A stretch of 64,000 bases of DNA from an uncultured Solirubrobacterales bacterium (GCA_963802935.1 CAWDKO010000009.1:45297-109296); one strand, 5' to 3'; counted from the first letter of the stretch, positions 54,997-63,589 are shown. Translations and numbers: made by a program. Notes: generated by a model from the letters alone, not told the origin.

Positions 54997-57026
54997 GCGA
55001 AAAGCCCCCCACCCAGGGCAAAGAGGACGACAAAGCCGAGGCGCTATTGGCCGAGATCGACGGGCCGGCCGACCTGCACGAGCTCGACGACGAGCAGCTG
55101 GCGCGGGTCGCGCAGGAGATGCGCACATACGTCATCGACACGATCGGCGAGATCGGCGGGCATTTCGGAGCCAACCTCGGCACCTGCGAGCTCGCTGTCG
55201 CGCTGCACAGCTTGCTCGACTCCCCCCGCGACAAGGTCCTCTGGGACGTCGGCCACCAGTCCTATCCGCACAAGATCCTCACCGGTCGCCGCGACCGGCT
55301 GTCGACGATCCGCCAGTACGAGGGCCTGGCGCCGTTCTGCTCGATCCCCGAGTCCGAGCACGACGTCATGGGCGCCGGCCACGCCTCGACCTCGATCGGC
55401 TACGCGGTCGGCCTCAAGGAGGCGATGCGCAAGGGGATCGGCGAGGACGGTCGCGTCGCCGCGGTGATCGGCGACGGCGCCCTCACCGGCGGGGTCGCCT
55501 ACGAGGCGCTGCACGCCGCCGGCGGCCTGCAAACGCCGGTCGTGATCGTCCTCAACGACAACGGGATGTCGATCTCGCCCAACGTCGGCGCCCTCTCGCG
55601 CTACTTCAACCGGATCCGCCTCAACCCGCGCCTCTTCCACGCCCGCGAGGGCGTCGAGGACCGGCTGACCAAGCTGCCGCTGGGGCTGGGGCGGCGGATC
55701 GAGCGACTCGGGCCGGAGATCAAGTCGGCGATCAAGGCCTACTGGGCGCCCGGCCTCTTCTTCGAGGAGCTCGACCTCGCCTACATGGGCGTGATCGACG
55801 GCCACGACGTGCACGCGCTGCGCGAGGCCCTGCAAGAGGCCTTCGAGGCGGAACGGCCGGTCGTCGTCCACATCCACACCGTCAAGGGCAAGGGCTTCGC
55901 GCCGGCCGAAGAGGGCGGCCTCGAGTCGATGGAGAAATGGCACGCCGCCAAGCCCAACTCGATCGTCAACGGGAAGCCGGCGGCGGCGAAGCCGGTCCCG
56001 GTCACGGAAACCGACTCGCCGGAGGGGATCGAGCGGCTGGAGAAGCCGCCCGCGGCCGGCTCGCCGCCCCAGTACACGCAGGTCTTCGCCGACGCGATCG
56101 TCGCCGAGGCGGAGCGCGACGAGCGGGTGATCGGGATCACCGCGGCGATGGCGGGAGGGACGGGCCTGCAGAAGCTCGCCGACGAGCGCCCCGAGCAGTA
56201 CTACGACGTCGGCATCGCCGAGCAGAACGCGGTCCTGCTCGCCTCCGGCCTGGCGCTGCAGGGCGCGAAGCCGGTCTGCGCGATCTACTCGACCTTCCTC
56301 CAGCGCGCCTTCGACCAGATCGTCCACGACGTCTGCCTGCAGGAGCTCGACGTGACCTTCGCGATGGACCGGGCGGGCCTGGTCGGCGACGACGGCCCGA
56401 CCCACCACGGTGCCTTCGACGTCTCCTACTTCCGGCCGATCCCCAACGTCGTCCTGATGGCGCCGCGCGACGAGGCGATGCTGGTCCACATGCTGCACAC
56501 GGCGATCGGCCACGACGGGCCGGCGGCGCTGCGTTATCCGCGCGGTGCGGCGGAGGGGGTGGAGCTGCCGGCGCGGCCGCAGCTCGTCCCGATCGGGACC
56601 GGCGAGATCCTCGCCGAAGGTGAGCGCGTCGCCCTGCTCGGCTATGGCTACGGCGTCACGGTGGCGCAGGACGCGGCGGCGATCCTCGCCGGCCACGGGC
56701 TCAACGCGACCGTCGCCGATGCTCGCTTCGCAAAGCCGCTCGACGCCGAGCTGACCGAGCGCATGGCTCGCGAGCACGACCTGGTGGTGACGATCGAGGA
56801 GAACGTTCTGCCCGGCGGTTTCGGCTCGGCGGTCCTGGAGCACCTCGAGGACGCCTTCGTCGAGGAGCCGGGGGAGAGGGCGCGGGTGCTCCGCGTCGGC
56901 CTGCCCGACCGCTACGTCACCCATGGCAAGCCGGCCCTGCTGCGCGCCGAGGCCGGGCTCACCGGCGAGGCGGTGGCAGAGCGCGTGCTCGCCGCGCTGC
57001 CCTCGGCTCAGCCCGTTTTGGGCTAG
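54993..57026 (+). CDS. dxs: 1-deoxy-D-xylulose-5-phosphate synthase
   Basis: GGHFGANLG, DVGHQSYPHKILTGR, GDGALTGG, DRAGLVGDDGPTHHG motifs; ATGA overlap with ispA. Confidence 0.93.
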   Translation: MSEKPPTQGKEDDKAEALLAEIDGPADLHELDDEQLARVAQEMRTYVIDTIGEIGGHFGANLGTCELAVALHSLLDSPRDKVLWDVGHQSYPHKILTGRRDRLSTIRQYEGLAPFCSIPESEHDVMGAGHASTSIGYAVGLKEAMRKGIGEDGRVAAVIGDGALTGGVAYEALHAAGGLQTPVVIVLNDNGMSISPNVGALSRYFNRIRLNPRLFHAREGVEDRLTKLPLGLGRRIERLGPEIKSAIKAYWAPGLFFEELDLAYMGVIDGHDVHALREALQEAFEAERPVVVHIHTVKGKGFAPAEEGGLESMEKWHAAKPNSIVNGKPAAAKPVPVTETDSPEGIERLEKPPAAGSPPQYTQVFADAIVAEAERDERVIGITAAMAGGTGLQKLADERPEQYYDVGIAEQNAVLLASGLALQGAKPVCAIYSTFLQRAFDQIVHDVCLQELDVTFAMDRAGLVGDDGPTHHGAFDVSYFRPIPNVVLMAPRDEAMLVHMLHTAIGHDGPAALRYPRGAAEGVELPARPQLVPIGTGEILAEGERVALLGYGYGVTVAQDAAAILAGHGLNATVADARFAKPLDAELTERMAREHDLVVTIEENVLPGGFGSAVLEHLEDAFVEEPGERARVLRVGLPDRYVTHGKPALLRAEAGLTGEAVAERVLAALPSAQPVLG

Positions 57027-57056
57027 TCAGGAACAAGCTCGTATCTAATAAGTATT

Positions 57057-57090
57057 GACGATTGATCCAATCGTCTCAATCGACTAGATT
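57057..57090 (+). promoter_or_regulatory. candidate promoter with overlapping palindromic operator
   Basis: AT-rich patch after dxs; TTGATC (57062-67), 17 nt, TAGATT (57085-90); inverted repeat GACGATTG-atc-CAATCGTC at 57057-57075. Confidence 0.3.
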
Positions 57091-57137
57091 GCCCGCGAGT
57101 CTCTCCGGTGGTGAGGAGGCGCAAAGCCAACCGGCTC

Positions 57138-57181
57138 CGCTTCTGGGGATCACCATAGGGAGGAGAGATGCGTATCTCTAT
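57138..57181 (+). repeat. partial third copy of the 66-nt repeat family (3' part plus mini-ORF start)
   Basis: CGCTTCTGGGGATCACCATAGGGAGGAGAGATGCGTATCTCTAT vs 63803-63849 CGCTTCTGGGGTTACTACAGGGAGGAGAGATATGTATCTCTAT. Confidence 0.6.
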
Positions 57182-57307
57182 GTGTCGGCCCGTCGGGGGA
57201 ATCGGGCCACTCGCGACCGGCCGCCAAGTGCGGTCGGTTTCGCGCGGTGCGGCGAGGGGCTGCGGGCGGGCGCCCCTGGGCCGGGCTATGTTGTCGCTGT
57301 GGGCGAG

Positions 57308-58090
57308 ATGCAGAGCGAGAAGGGGCGGCGGTTCCGGGCGCTGCACGAGGGCGACCCGTTCCTGATCCCGAACCCGTGGGACGCGGGCTCGGCGAGATTG
57401 CTGGAGTCGCTCGGCTTCGAGGCCCTTGCCAGCAGCAGCGCCGCGCTCGCGTTCAGCCTCGGTGGGAAAGACGGCGAGGCGACGCTCGAGCAGGTCGTCG
57501 ACCACACGCGCGCTCTCGACCGGGCAACCGGGCTGCCGCTCTCGGTCGACCTGGAGAACGGATACGGGGCCGAGCCCGAGGACGCGGCGAGGGCGATCGA
57601 GCTGGCGGCTGCGGCCGGCGCGGTCGGGGGCTCGATCGAGGACTACGACCCGGCGGGGAGGCTCTACGGCGCCGGGCACGCCACGGAGCGCGTCGCCGCT
57701 GCGGCCGAGGCGGCCGGTCGGCTCGATTTCCCGTTCACCTTCACCGCGCGGGCGGAGAACCACATCCGCGGCAACCCCGACCTCGATGACACGATCGCGC
57801 GCCTGCAGGCCTACGAGGCCGCTGGTGCCGACGTGCTCTACGCGCCCGGTCTCGGCAGCGGCGGGGAGATCCGCGCGGTCCGCGAGGCAACCGGCCTGCC
57901 GCTGAACGTGCTCGCGTTCCGCGGGCTCGAGATGGGGGAGATCGTCGAGGCCGGGGCGCAGCGGATCAGCGTCGGCAGCGGCCTCGCCTGGACCGCCTAC
58001 GAATCGATGGCCGCGGCCGCGGAGGCGATGCGCGACCGGGGTGATTTCGCGGGCCTGCTGGCACCGACCCGGGTTGCAAAGCTCCCCTGA
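57308..58090 (+). CDS. isocitrate lyase/PEP mutase-family enzyme (2-methylisocitrate lyase-like)
   Basis: FRALHEGDPFLIPNPWDAGSARLLE, DLENGYG, SIEDY motifs. Confidence 0.8.
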   Translation: MQSEKGRRFRALHEGDPFLIPNPWDAGSARLLESLGFEALASSSAALAFSLGGKDGEATLEQVVDHTRALDRATGLPLSVDLENGYGAEPEDAARAIELAAAAGAVGGSIEDYDPAGRLYGAGHATERVAAAAEAAGRLDFPFTFTARAENHIRGNPDLDDTIARLQAYEAAGADVLYAPGLGSGGEIRAVREATGLPLNVLAFRGLEMGEIVEAGAQRISVGSGLAWTAYESMAAAAEAMRDRGDFAGLLAPTRVAKLP

Positions 58091-58108
58091 GGGGTAGCGT
58101 AGGCCCAG

Positions 58109-58393
58109 ATGAAGATCCTCTTCGCCCCGTTCAGCATCGCCGCCGGGCTGCTCGCCGGCTTCGCCGCCCAGAAGGTTTTCGAGCGCCTCTGGGCCGTGAT
58201 CGACGACGAGGACCCGCCCGAGCCGGACAACCGCGAAGCGCCGGTGGTGAAACTGCTGCTGGCGCTGGCGGTCGAGGGAGCGATCTTCCGCCTCGTCAAA
58301 GGCTTCACCGACCGCGGCGCCCGCTCGGGCTTCGCCGCTCTCACCGGCCGCTGGCCCGGTGACGACCCGGCCCGAGAAGAGGCTGCGAGCTAG
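58109..58393 (+). CDS. DUF4235-like small membrane-associated protein
   Basis: MKILFAPFSIAAGLLAGFAAQKVFERLW... pattern. Confidence 0.55.
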   Translation: MKILFAPFSIAAGLLAGFAAQKVFERLWAVIDDEDPPEPDNREAPVVKLLLALAVEGAIFRLVKGFTDRGARSGFAALTGRWPGDDPAREEAAS

Positions 58394-58900
58394 GCAGGGC
58401 CATCCTGGGGCCCCGTGCAGACGCGGGCGAGGCTCCTCCCACGGCCCGATGTCCCAGTAGCGCCGGGCCGCCCCTGAAGTGGATGGCAGCACCCAGACAG
58501 TGGCACCGCCGATCTGCTCCTCCTGGGGGCCGAATTCCACCGGCCGTTCCAGCGCGCCCTGGGCGGCGTTCTTGCCGTTGAAGGCCAGGTAGGCGGGTTC
58601 GACCGCGGCGATCCGCGCCTGCAGCTGGTCGACGTCGAACTCGGCCGTGCCGACCTCGGCGTCGGAGCCGTAGCGGACCTTGCAGAGGTCGGTCAGGCCG
58701 ATCCCGAAATCCAGCAGCCGTTTGTATTCGGACGGCGCCAGCTGCGCCGGCGTCAGGCCGGTGGCGAAGAGGGTGCGCCAGAAGGCGTTGCCAGGGCCGG
58801 CGTAGTAGGCCTTCGCCCTCGCCGAGGCGGTGCCGGCGGCGGTCCCACAGAAGACCACCTGCAGACCCGGCCGCAGCGTGTCGGGCAGCACCTCGTTCAT
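58390..58900 (-). pseudogene. mug: G/U mismatch-specific uracil-DNA glycosylase (Mug/TDG family), probable frameshift near its 3' end
   Basis: VVFCGTAAGTASA...YYAGPGNAFW...GIGLTDL...FNGKNAA...VLPSTSGAA motifs. In-frame reading has no stop for 625 codons (antisense to two good genes). A 1-nt shift near 58426-58438 gives ...PWEELARVCTGPQDGPA* ending at the CTAG shared with the convergent gene. Confidence 0.65.
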
Positions 58901-59625
58901 CCGCGGTGGACCTCGGTGGCGCTGGCCTGGTCGCGGGGGCGGACGACGATCTCATCGATGTTCACGTGCGAGGGTTGCGTGATCGCCCAGCGGATGCACT
59001 CGGCGACGTCCTCGGCCCGCAGCGGCTTCATCCCGTCGTAGACCCGGCCGGCGGCCTGCTCGTCGCCGCCGAAGCGCACGAGTGAAAACTCCGTCTCGAC
59101 CATCCCCGGCGCTATATCCGTCACCCGCACCGGCTGCCCCAGCAGCTCCAGCCGCAGCGCTCGCAGCAGGGAGCGCTGGGCGTGCTTCGCCGCCGTGTAC
59201 CCGGCGCCGCCGCGGTAGGACTCGAAGGCGGCGATGCTGGTGATGCCGACTACGTGCCCGTCTCCCGAGGCAACGAGCGCCGGTAGGAGCGCCCGCGTCA
59301 TCCGCATCGTGCCGAGCACGTTGGCCTCGTACATCTGCTGCCACTGCTCTTCGTCGGATTCGCCGACCGGAGCCAGCCCCAGCGCGCCGCCGGCGTTGTT
59401 GACGAGCACGTCGCAGTGGGGCAGGTCGGCGACGAACTCCCGCACCGACTCCTGGTCGGTCACGTCGAGGACGCTCGCCCGGCCTCCGGTCTCGGCGGCC
59501 AGGTCCTCGAGTCGCTCCCTGCGCCGGGCTCCGAGCACCACCTCGAACCCTTCGGCGGCCAGGGCCCTGGCGGCAGCCGCGCCGATTCCGCTCGAGGCTC
59601 CGGTGATGACCGCGATCCGCGTCAT
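58897..59625 (-). CDS. SDR-family oxidoreductase
   Basis: VITGASSGIGAA, NNAG, YTAAK motifs. Confidence 0.88.
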   Translation of the reverse strand: MTRIAVITGASSGIGAAAARALAAEGFEVVLGARRRERLEDLAAETGGRASVLDVTDQESVREFVADLPHCDVLVNNAGGALGLAPVGESDEEQWQQMYEANVLGTMRMTRALLPALVASGDGHVVGITSIAAFESYRGGAGYTAAKHAQRSLLRALRLELLGQPVRVTDIAPGMVETEFSLVRFGGDEQAAGRVYDGMKPLRAEDVAECIRWAITQPSHVNIDEIVVRPRDQASATEVHRG

Positions 59626-59671
59626 GCACCCACCTTAGGAAGAACTCGGCGCGACCGTATACTCGCCCGCC

Positions 59672-60061
59672 GTGGAGGCCTCAGCTCAGCCGGAGCCGAT
59701 CAACGAAGAGGGATTCGCCGCCTTCTCGGCGCGCACGGGCGATGGCACCCCGGTGGTGATGCTGAACCTCCTCGCCTTCCGGCCCGAGGGCGGCAAAGAG
59801 CGCTACCTGGAGTACGGCGCCGCCGTCGCGCCGCTGCTCGAGAAGGCCGGCGGCCGCATCGTCTGGGCTGGCGAGCCGGCGCCGGCCCTGCTCGGCGAGG
59901 CGTCCTGGGACCTCGTCGCCCTGGTCGAATACCCGACCTGCCAGGCCTTCCTCGAGATGATCGGTTCGCCCGAGTACCGGGCGATCGCCCACCTCCGCAC
60001 CGAGGCCCTGAACAAGGGCGAGCTGCACCCGATGGACCCGGCAGAGGAACTGCCGGCCTAG
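59672..60061 (+). CDS. DUF1330-family protein
   Basis: VVMLNLLAFRPEGG...YLEYG...ALVEYPT.QAFLEM..SPEY pattern. Confidence 0.7.
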   Translation: MEASAQPEPINEEGFAAFSARTGDGTPVVMLNLLAFRPEGGKERYLEYGAAVAPLLEKAGGRIVWAGEPAPALLGEASWDLVALVEYPTCQAFLEMIGSPEYRAIAHLRTEALNKGELHPMDPAEELPA

Positions 60062-60065
60062 TTCC

Positions 60066-60596
60066 CTATGGGGCCGGCGCGGCCTGCCCGCGCCCACGCA
60101 GCCGCATTGCCAGGCCCGCGAGCAGGTAGACGATCGCCACCGCCAGGAGGATGAACTTGCAGGCGGCGAAGATCGTCGCCAGGAGGGGGAAGGCGGAGCC
60201 GGCCCCGTCGAGCGTCAGCAAGAGACAGATGTTCTCCAGCGCGTCGAAGGCCGCGACGAGCGCGCCGAAGGAGACGACGACCCCGCCGACCCTGGTCAGG
60301 CGACGCCAGCCCCGAGCCCCGGCGAGATCGCGCGTCGCCGCCAGGGCGAGGGTGAGGAAGGTCCCGTAGGCGAGCAGGAACCCGAAGTCGATCCAAAGCG
60401 ACTCGCGCGCCGCGTCCTGCCCCTCCTCACCCCATTCGGCGAGGATCTCGTCGGCGCGATCCTGGCCGCCGGTGAGCTCGAAGGGAACGATCCCCGGGCC
60501 GCCGGTGTCCTGCATCCGCTCATCTGCCGGCGACATCGCCAGCAGCAATGCAAGCGTCGCGATCGCCGATGCGATCAGTCCCCTGCGGCGCGTCAT
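60066..60596 (-). CDS. hypothetical integral membrane protein (176 aa)
   Basis: 4-5 hydrophobic segments; convergent with the DUF1330 gene. Confidence 0.5.
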   Translation of the reverse strand: MTRRRGLIASAIATLALLLAMSPADERMQDTGGPGIVPFELTGGQDRADEILAEWGEEGQDAARESLWIDFGFLLAYGTFLTLALAATRDLAGARGWRRLTRVGGVVVSFGALVAAFDALENICLLLTLDGAGSAFPLLATIFAACKFILLAVAIVYLLAGLAMRLRGRGQAAPAP

Positions 60597-60656
60597 GCGG
60601 GAACTATCTCGAATGAAGCGATTGTCAGCGCTGCACGCGAGCGAAGTGCCTGAGCC

Positions 60657-60839
60657 TCAGACCGGTGGTTGGTTGCGAGCCGGGAGGCGCTCGTTGAGCA
60701 GCCTGTAGATGGCCAGGGATGCATGAACATTCGCCTTGGCCAAGGCCTCATCTGACGCTGGCCCCCGGAGTGCCCTCCAGGCTTCCGTTGCATGCTCTTC
60801 GTGGGTCTTCCTCGTAGGGCCCTTCTCTTTGCCGAACAT
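60657..60839 (-). CDS. small hypothetical protein (60 aa)
   Basis: ATG preceded by GGAGAG at about 9 nt; no family recognised. Confidence 0.3.
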   Translation of the reverse strand: MFGKEKGPTRKTHEEHATEAWRALRGPASDEALAKANVHASLAIYRLLNERLPARNQPPV

Positions 60840-61007
60840 CAGCTCGTTCTCTCCTCGTCATCGGGTGACTTTGGGAACTGGAACTCATGCGACTGCGGGG
60901 CCGCCTGCCCGACCGTTCACGGTCAAGCCGGCAGCCTACCCATCTGTGCTCGCATGGGAAGAAGGCCCTCTAGCGCTGGGGGTTGACACCTTCTGGCTTA
61001 TCTGGCG

Positions 61008-61073
61008 CCCCACAACAGAAAACGCCCCGCCGGGGAGGCGGGGCGTTTTCTGGGGTTACTACAGGGAGGAGAG
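61008..61073 (+). repeat. 66-nt direct repeat, copy 1 (bidirectional terminator-like hairpin plus GGGAGGAGAG)
   Basis: CCCCACAACAGAAAACGCCCCGCCGGGGAGGCGGGGCGTTTTCTGGGGTTACTACAGGGAGGAGAG. Confidence 0.85.
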
Positions 61074-61166
61074 GACTCCGACCCGCCACTCGCAGAGCCA
61101 AATTTGGCTTGGTTAAGCCATCTTCGTCCGGCTGAGTCCGGTAGTAACCGGCTGATTTCGTGTCGC

Positions 61167-61200
61167 ACTGGCGCACAACTGGCGCACGAGATTCGATAAT
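61167..61200 (+). promoter_or_regulatory. tandem decamer ACTGGCGCAC x2 followed by GATAAT (-10-like)
   Basis: ACTGGCGCAC-A-ACTGGCGCAC at 61167-61187, GATAAT at 61195-61200, 40 nt upstream of ORF 61240. Confidence 0.3.
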
Positions 61201-61239
61201 TGGGGGCGGTCGGAGGATGCCTCGAAGGGGTCTCTTGGC

Positions 61240-61533
61240 TTGACCGAAAGGTATCGCGCTGATCACGCGATGGGTGGGTCGGACGGCGCAGCTATCCTCG
61301 TTGGGATGCCTTTAATTTCGCGGATGAGATCTGGACGGGTTCGCCGGCTCGAAGAGCAGATGCGGGCGATGGATTCGAAGATCGACGCGATGGCGGAGAC
61401 CTTCGAGTCGCGCCGCGCTGATGACGAGGCCGCCGCCATCGCCGCGGAGCGCATTCGTAGCGGCGCCGCCGATCACACGGAAGATGGCGCCGAGGCGCTG
61501 GCGAGTCTCGGCATCACACTTCCCAAGGGATGA
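61240..61533 (+). CDS. hypothetical small protein, antitoxin-position partner
   Basis: ATGA overlap with the downstream RelE/ParE-like ORF; start uncertain (TTG 61240, ATG 61270 or 61306). Confidence 0.4.
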   Translation: MTERYRADHAMGGSDGAAILVGMPLISRMRSGRVRRLEEQMRAMDSKIDAMAETFESRRADDEAAAIAAERIRSGAADHTEDGAEALASLGITLPKG

Positions 61534-61922
61534 GCGTCGACGCAGCCGGCGGGGTGCCCGTCACCTTTGCAGCGGGTGTCCTCGATGACGTGCGTGAACT
61601 TACGGCGATCTCCTCAGGAGACGATCGGGAGTATGCGGCTGAGGCGGAGGCCCTGAAACAGCGCATCGCGGAGCTGCTGGTCGAGTGCAAAGGCAACCCA
61701 TTCCTCGGCGAGCTGATGGGGCCAGGTCTGCACCCCGAGCTGGCCAACTGCCGTCGCGTCCGATTCGACATTCCTTCTTACTCCGGGAAGCCCCGGTTCC
61801 GGCTGATCTACCGCAATGAGCCGGCTGATGGTGCCCCCGCCGAATGCCGCTGGGTGACGGTGGCGCCTCGCGCCGGCCTCCGCGCCCACCGAAAGGCGCG
61901 ACAGCGTTTGCGATCCGAGTGA
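61530..61922 (+). CDS. RelE/ParE-superfamily toxin-like protein
   Basis: ...NPFLGELMGPGL...CRRVRFD...GKPRFRLIYR......WVTVAPRAGLRAHRKA matches the RelE/ParE pattern (nP..G..l.....R.......yRiiY......v.v..R...Y). Confidence 0.5.
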   Translation: MSVDAAGGVPVTFAAGVLDDVRELTAISSGDDREYAAEAEALKQRIAELLVECKGNPFLGELMGPGLHPELANCRRVRFDIPSYSGKPRFRLIYRNEPADGAPAECRWVTVAPRAGLRAHRKARQRLRSE

Positions 61923-62032
61923 CGCAATCACCCGCAGGGCAGCCGCTCTACCGGCTGAGGCCGAGCGGAGCGCGCGCCTTGACGGCGAGCGGACCGTAGC
62001 GCCCGCTCGCCCCTCGCGTAAGGTAAGCAGCG

Positions 62033-62602
62033 ATGCCGCCGGAGGAATTCTTCAAGGGCTCGACCCGTTCCGGACGCGCGCTCGTTCTCTACTACGAGCA
62101 CACGGCCTTCGATACGTTCGTAGACGAGACGGGCGAGCCGTTCGACAACCCGTCTGAGGCGAAGATCACCGGCACTCTTGATGGCGCTCCGATCGACGTG
62201 GAGGCCGTCAACTGGTCCTCTGACGGCACCGCGACCGTGCGCAGCGATCTCGGGACGTTCACGGCAACGAACACGGAGTACCCGGAAGATCATTCGGAGG
62301 CGCTGCGCCGCTACTTGGAGCACCGGCCGTTTGAGGGCTATGAGGTTGTGATCGTGGACAAGACTCCAATGGGGCAGGAGGCCGCCTACACAGTGACTAT
62401 TACGAACGGTCGTCTCACCGAGCGCGCGGAATTTCGGCTCTCACCACAGGTGATGCGGACGCTGGCGCGCGGAGCCCAAGCGCCGACCGACGACCAGGTC
62501 CGCCATGAGATTGCCGAGCAGGTGCGTCACGACCAATGGACGAAGATCAAAGGGCGCGCCGAGAACGCGACGACGATCATGTGGCTTGCACACCCAAGCT
62601 AG
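62033..62602 (+). CDS. hypothetical protein (189 aa)
   Basis: ORF with a lower-GC look than the backbone; no family recognised. Confidence 0.45.
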   Translation: MPPEEFFKGSTRSGRALVLYYEHTAFDTFVDETGEPFDNPSEAKITGTLDGAPIDVEAVNWSSDGTATVRSDLGTFTATNTEYPEDHSEALRRYLEHRPFEGYEVVIVDKTPMGQEAAYTVTITNGRLTERAEFRLSPQVMRTLARGAQAPTDDQVRHEIAEQVRHDQWTKIKGRAENATTIMWLAHPS

Positions 62603-62617
62603 TCCGCCGATCCAAAG

Positions 62618-63589
62618 TTGGGTGCGCAGCGTGTCGAAGCAGCCGCGAAGGAAGCTAGGCTCGGCGTCGTGTCTTACAGCACCACCGCATACCAACTGCT
62701 CATTTCTGCTCCGGGTGATCTTCCGGAGGAGGACATCCGAGCGGTCTTCGATGCCGTCGCTCGCTGGAACGTCCTCTACGGGCGCCCACAGAGCGCAACC
62801 GTTGTCCCCACCCACTGGAGTCATCATTCGGCGGCCGAGCATGGCACCAGGCCCCAAGCCTCTCTAAATAAGCAGCTTGTCGAAGACGCAGACATCCTTA
62901 TCGCGCTGTTCTGGCATCGGCTTGGCTCTCCAACTGGCGAAGCTGAGTCAGGTACGGTTGAGGAGATTGAGGAGGCCAGCGGTCACGGGGCATACGTCGG
63001 TGTTCTCAGGTGCACTCGCGCCATCTCCCCTACTGACCTCGACGGTGGTCAGGCCAGTCGTCTCAAGGATTTTTTGGATGGGGCTCGTTCCAGTTCGCTG
63101 ATCTTCGACTACGAGGATGCCGTCGCTCTCCGCGAGCGGGTCGACACTTTGCTTACGACCTCCGTTACGGTGCTGAGGACTCGTGCGGAGGCGCAGGCAG
63201 CCGCGACGGTAGACCCCGAAGCCGAAGAAGCGACCCACGTCGCTCCAGCGGGAGGCGCGGAGGTGTGGCCGCGGATTGAGCGAAGCGAGAGCGTTCGGAC
63301 TGACGCTAAAGGGAGGGTCAAGACCGAAAATCGCTGGGAGCTCGTGCTCTCGAACACCGGGGATGAGCCAGCGAAAAACGTCAAGTACCGCCTAGAGGCC
63401 GACAGTCCTGATGACAATCTCCCGCTCGAGTTGAGCGAAGCCAGCGAGCTTGCGGTGTTGGCCCCGGGCGGGGACGCAGCATACGTGTTGATCATGCACA
63501 TGGGTGTCGCTGATCAAGCTCAGTGCATCGTCAACTGGGAGGACTCCAGGGGCGAGCGGGAGAGTGTGGCCACGCTGCGCTTTTTCTGA
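62618..63589 (+). CDS. hypothetical two-domain protein: N-terminal DUF4062/NDT-TIR-like Rossmannoid pattern, C-terminal beta-rich domain
   Basis: LLISAPGDLPEEDIRAV...DADILIALFWHRLGSPTGEAESGTVEEIEEA resembles the DUF4062-type motif (FIS...D...ER....DI.IGI...RYGS....S.TE.E...A); start TTG 62618 or GTG 62669. Confidence 0.5.
   Translation: MGAQRVEAAAKEARLGVVSYSTTAYQLLISAPGDLPEEDIRAVFDAVARWNVLYGRPQSATVVPTHWSHHSAAEHGTRPQASLNKQLVEDADILIALFWHRLGSPTGEAESGTVEEIEEASGHGAYVGVLRCTRAISPTDLDGGQASRLKDFLDGARSSSLIFDYEDAVALRERVDTLLTTSVTVLRTRAEAQAAATVDPEAEEATHVAPAGGAEVWPRIERSESVRTDAKGRVKTENRWELVLSNTGDEPAKNVKYRLEADSPDDNLPLELSEASELAVLAPGGDAAYVLIMHMGVADQAQCIVNWEDSRGERESVATLRFF

Noticed and set aside
57168-57365. 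65-aa ORF (MRISMCRPVGG...) as a real protein
   Set aside because: Only the first 11 or so codons resemble the second copy (MYLYICGSVGGG*). The rest is Arg/Gly-rich and overlaps the start of the lyase-family gene in another frame. I kept it only as a possible mini-ORF or leader.
57023-58389. C-terminal 450 or so codons of the 625-aa mug ORF
   Set aside because: This stretch is antisense to the PEP-mutase-family and DUF4235 genes and has a low-complexity translation. The Mug domain ends near 58440.
61054-61149. tRNA-like appearance: 9-bp helix GGTTACTAC/GTAGTAACC enclosing about 78 nt, followed on the minus strand by CCCA
   Set aside because: No D-, anticodon- or T-arm with canonical loop sizes could be drawn. 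The candidate anticodon stems close 4-nt loops, and there is no TTCGA-type T-loop. I treat it as unexplained structure adjacent to the 66-nt repeat.
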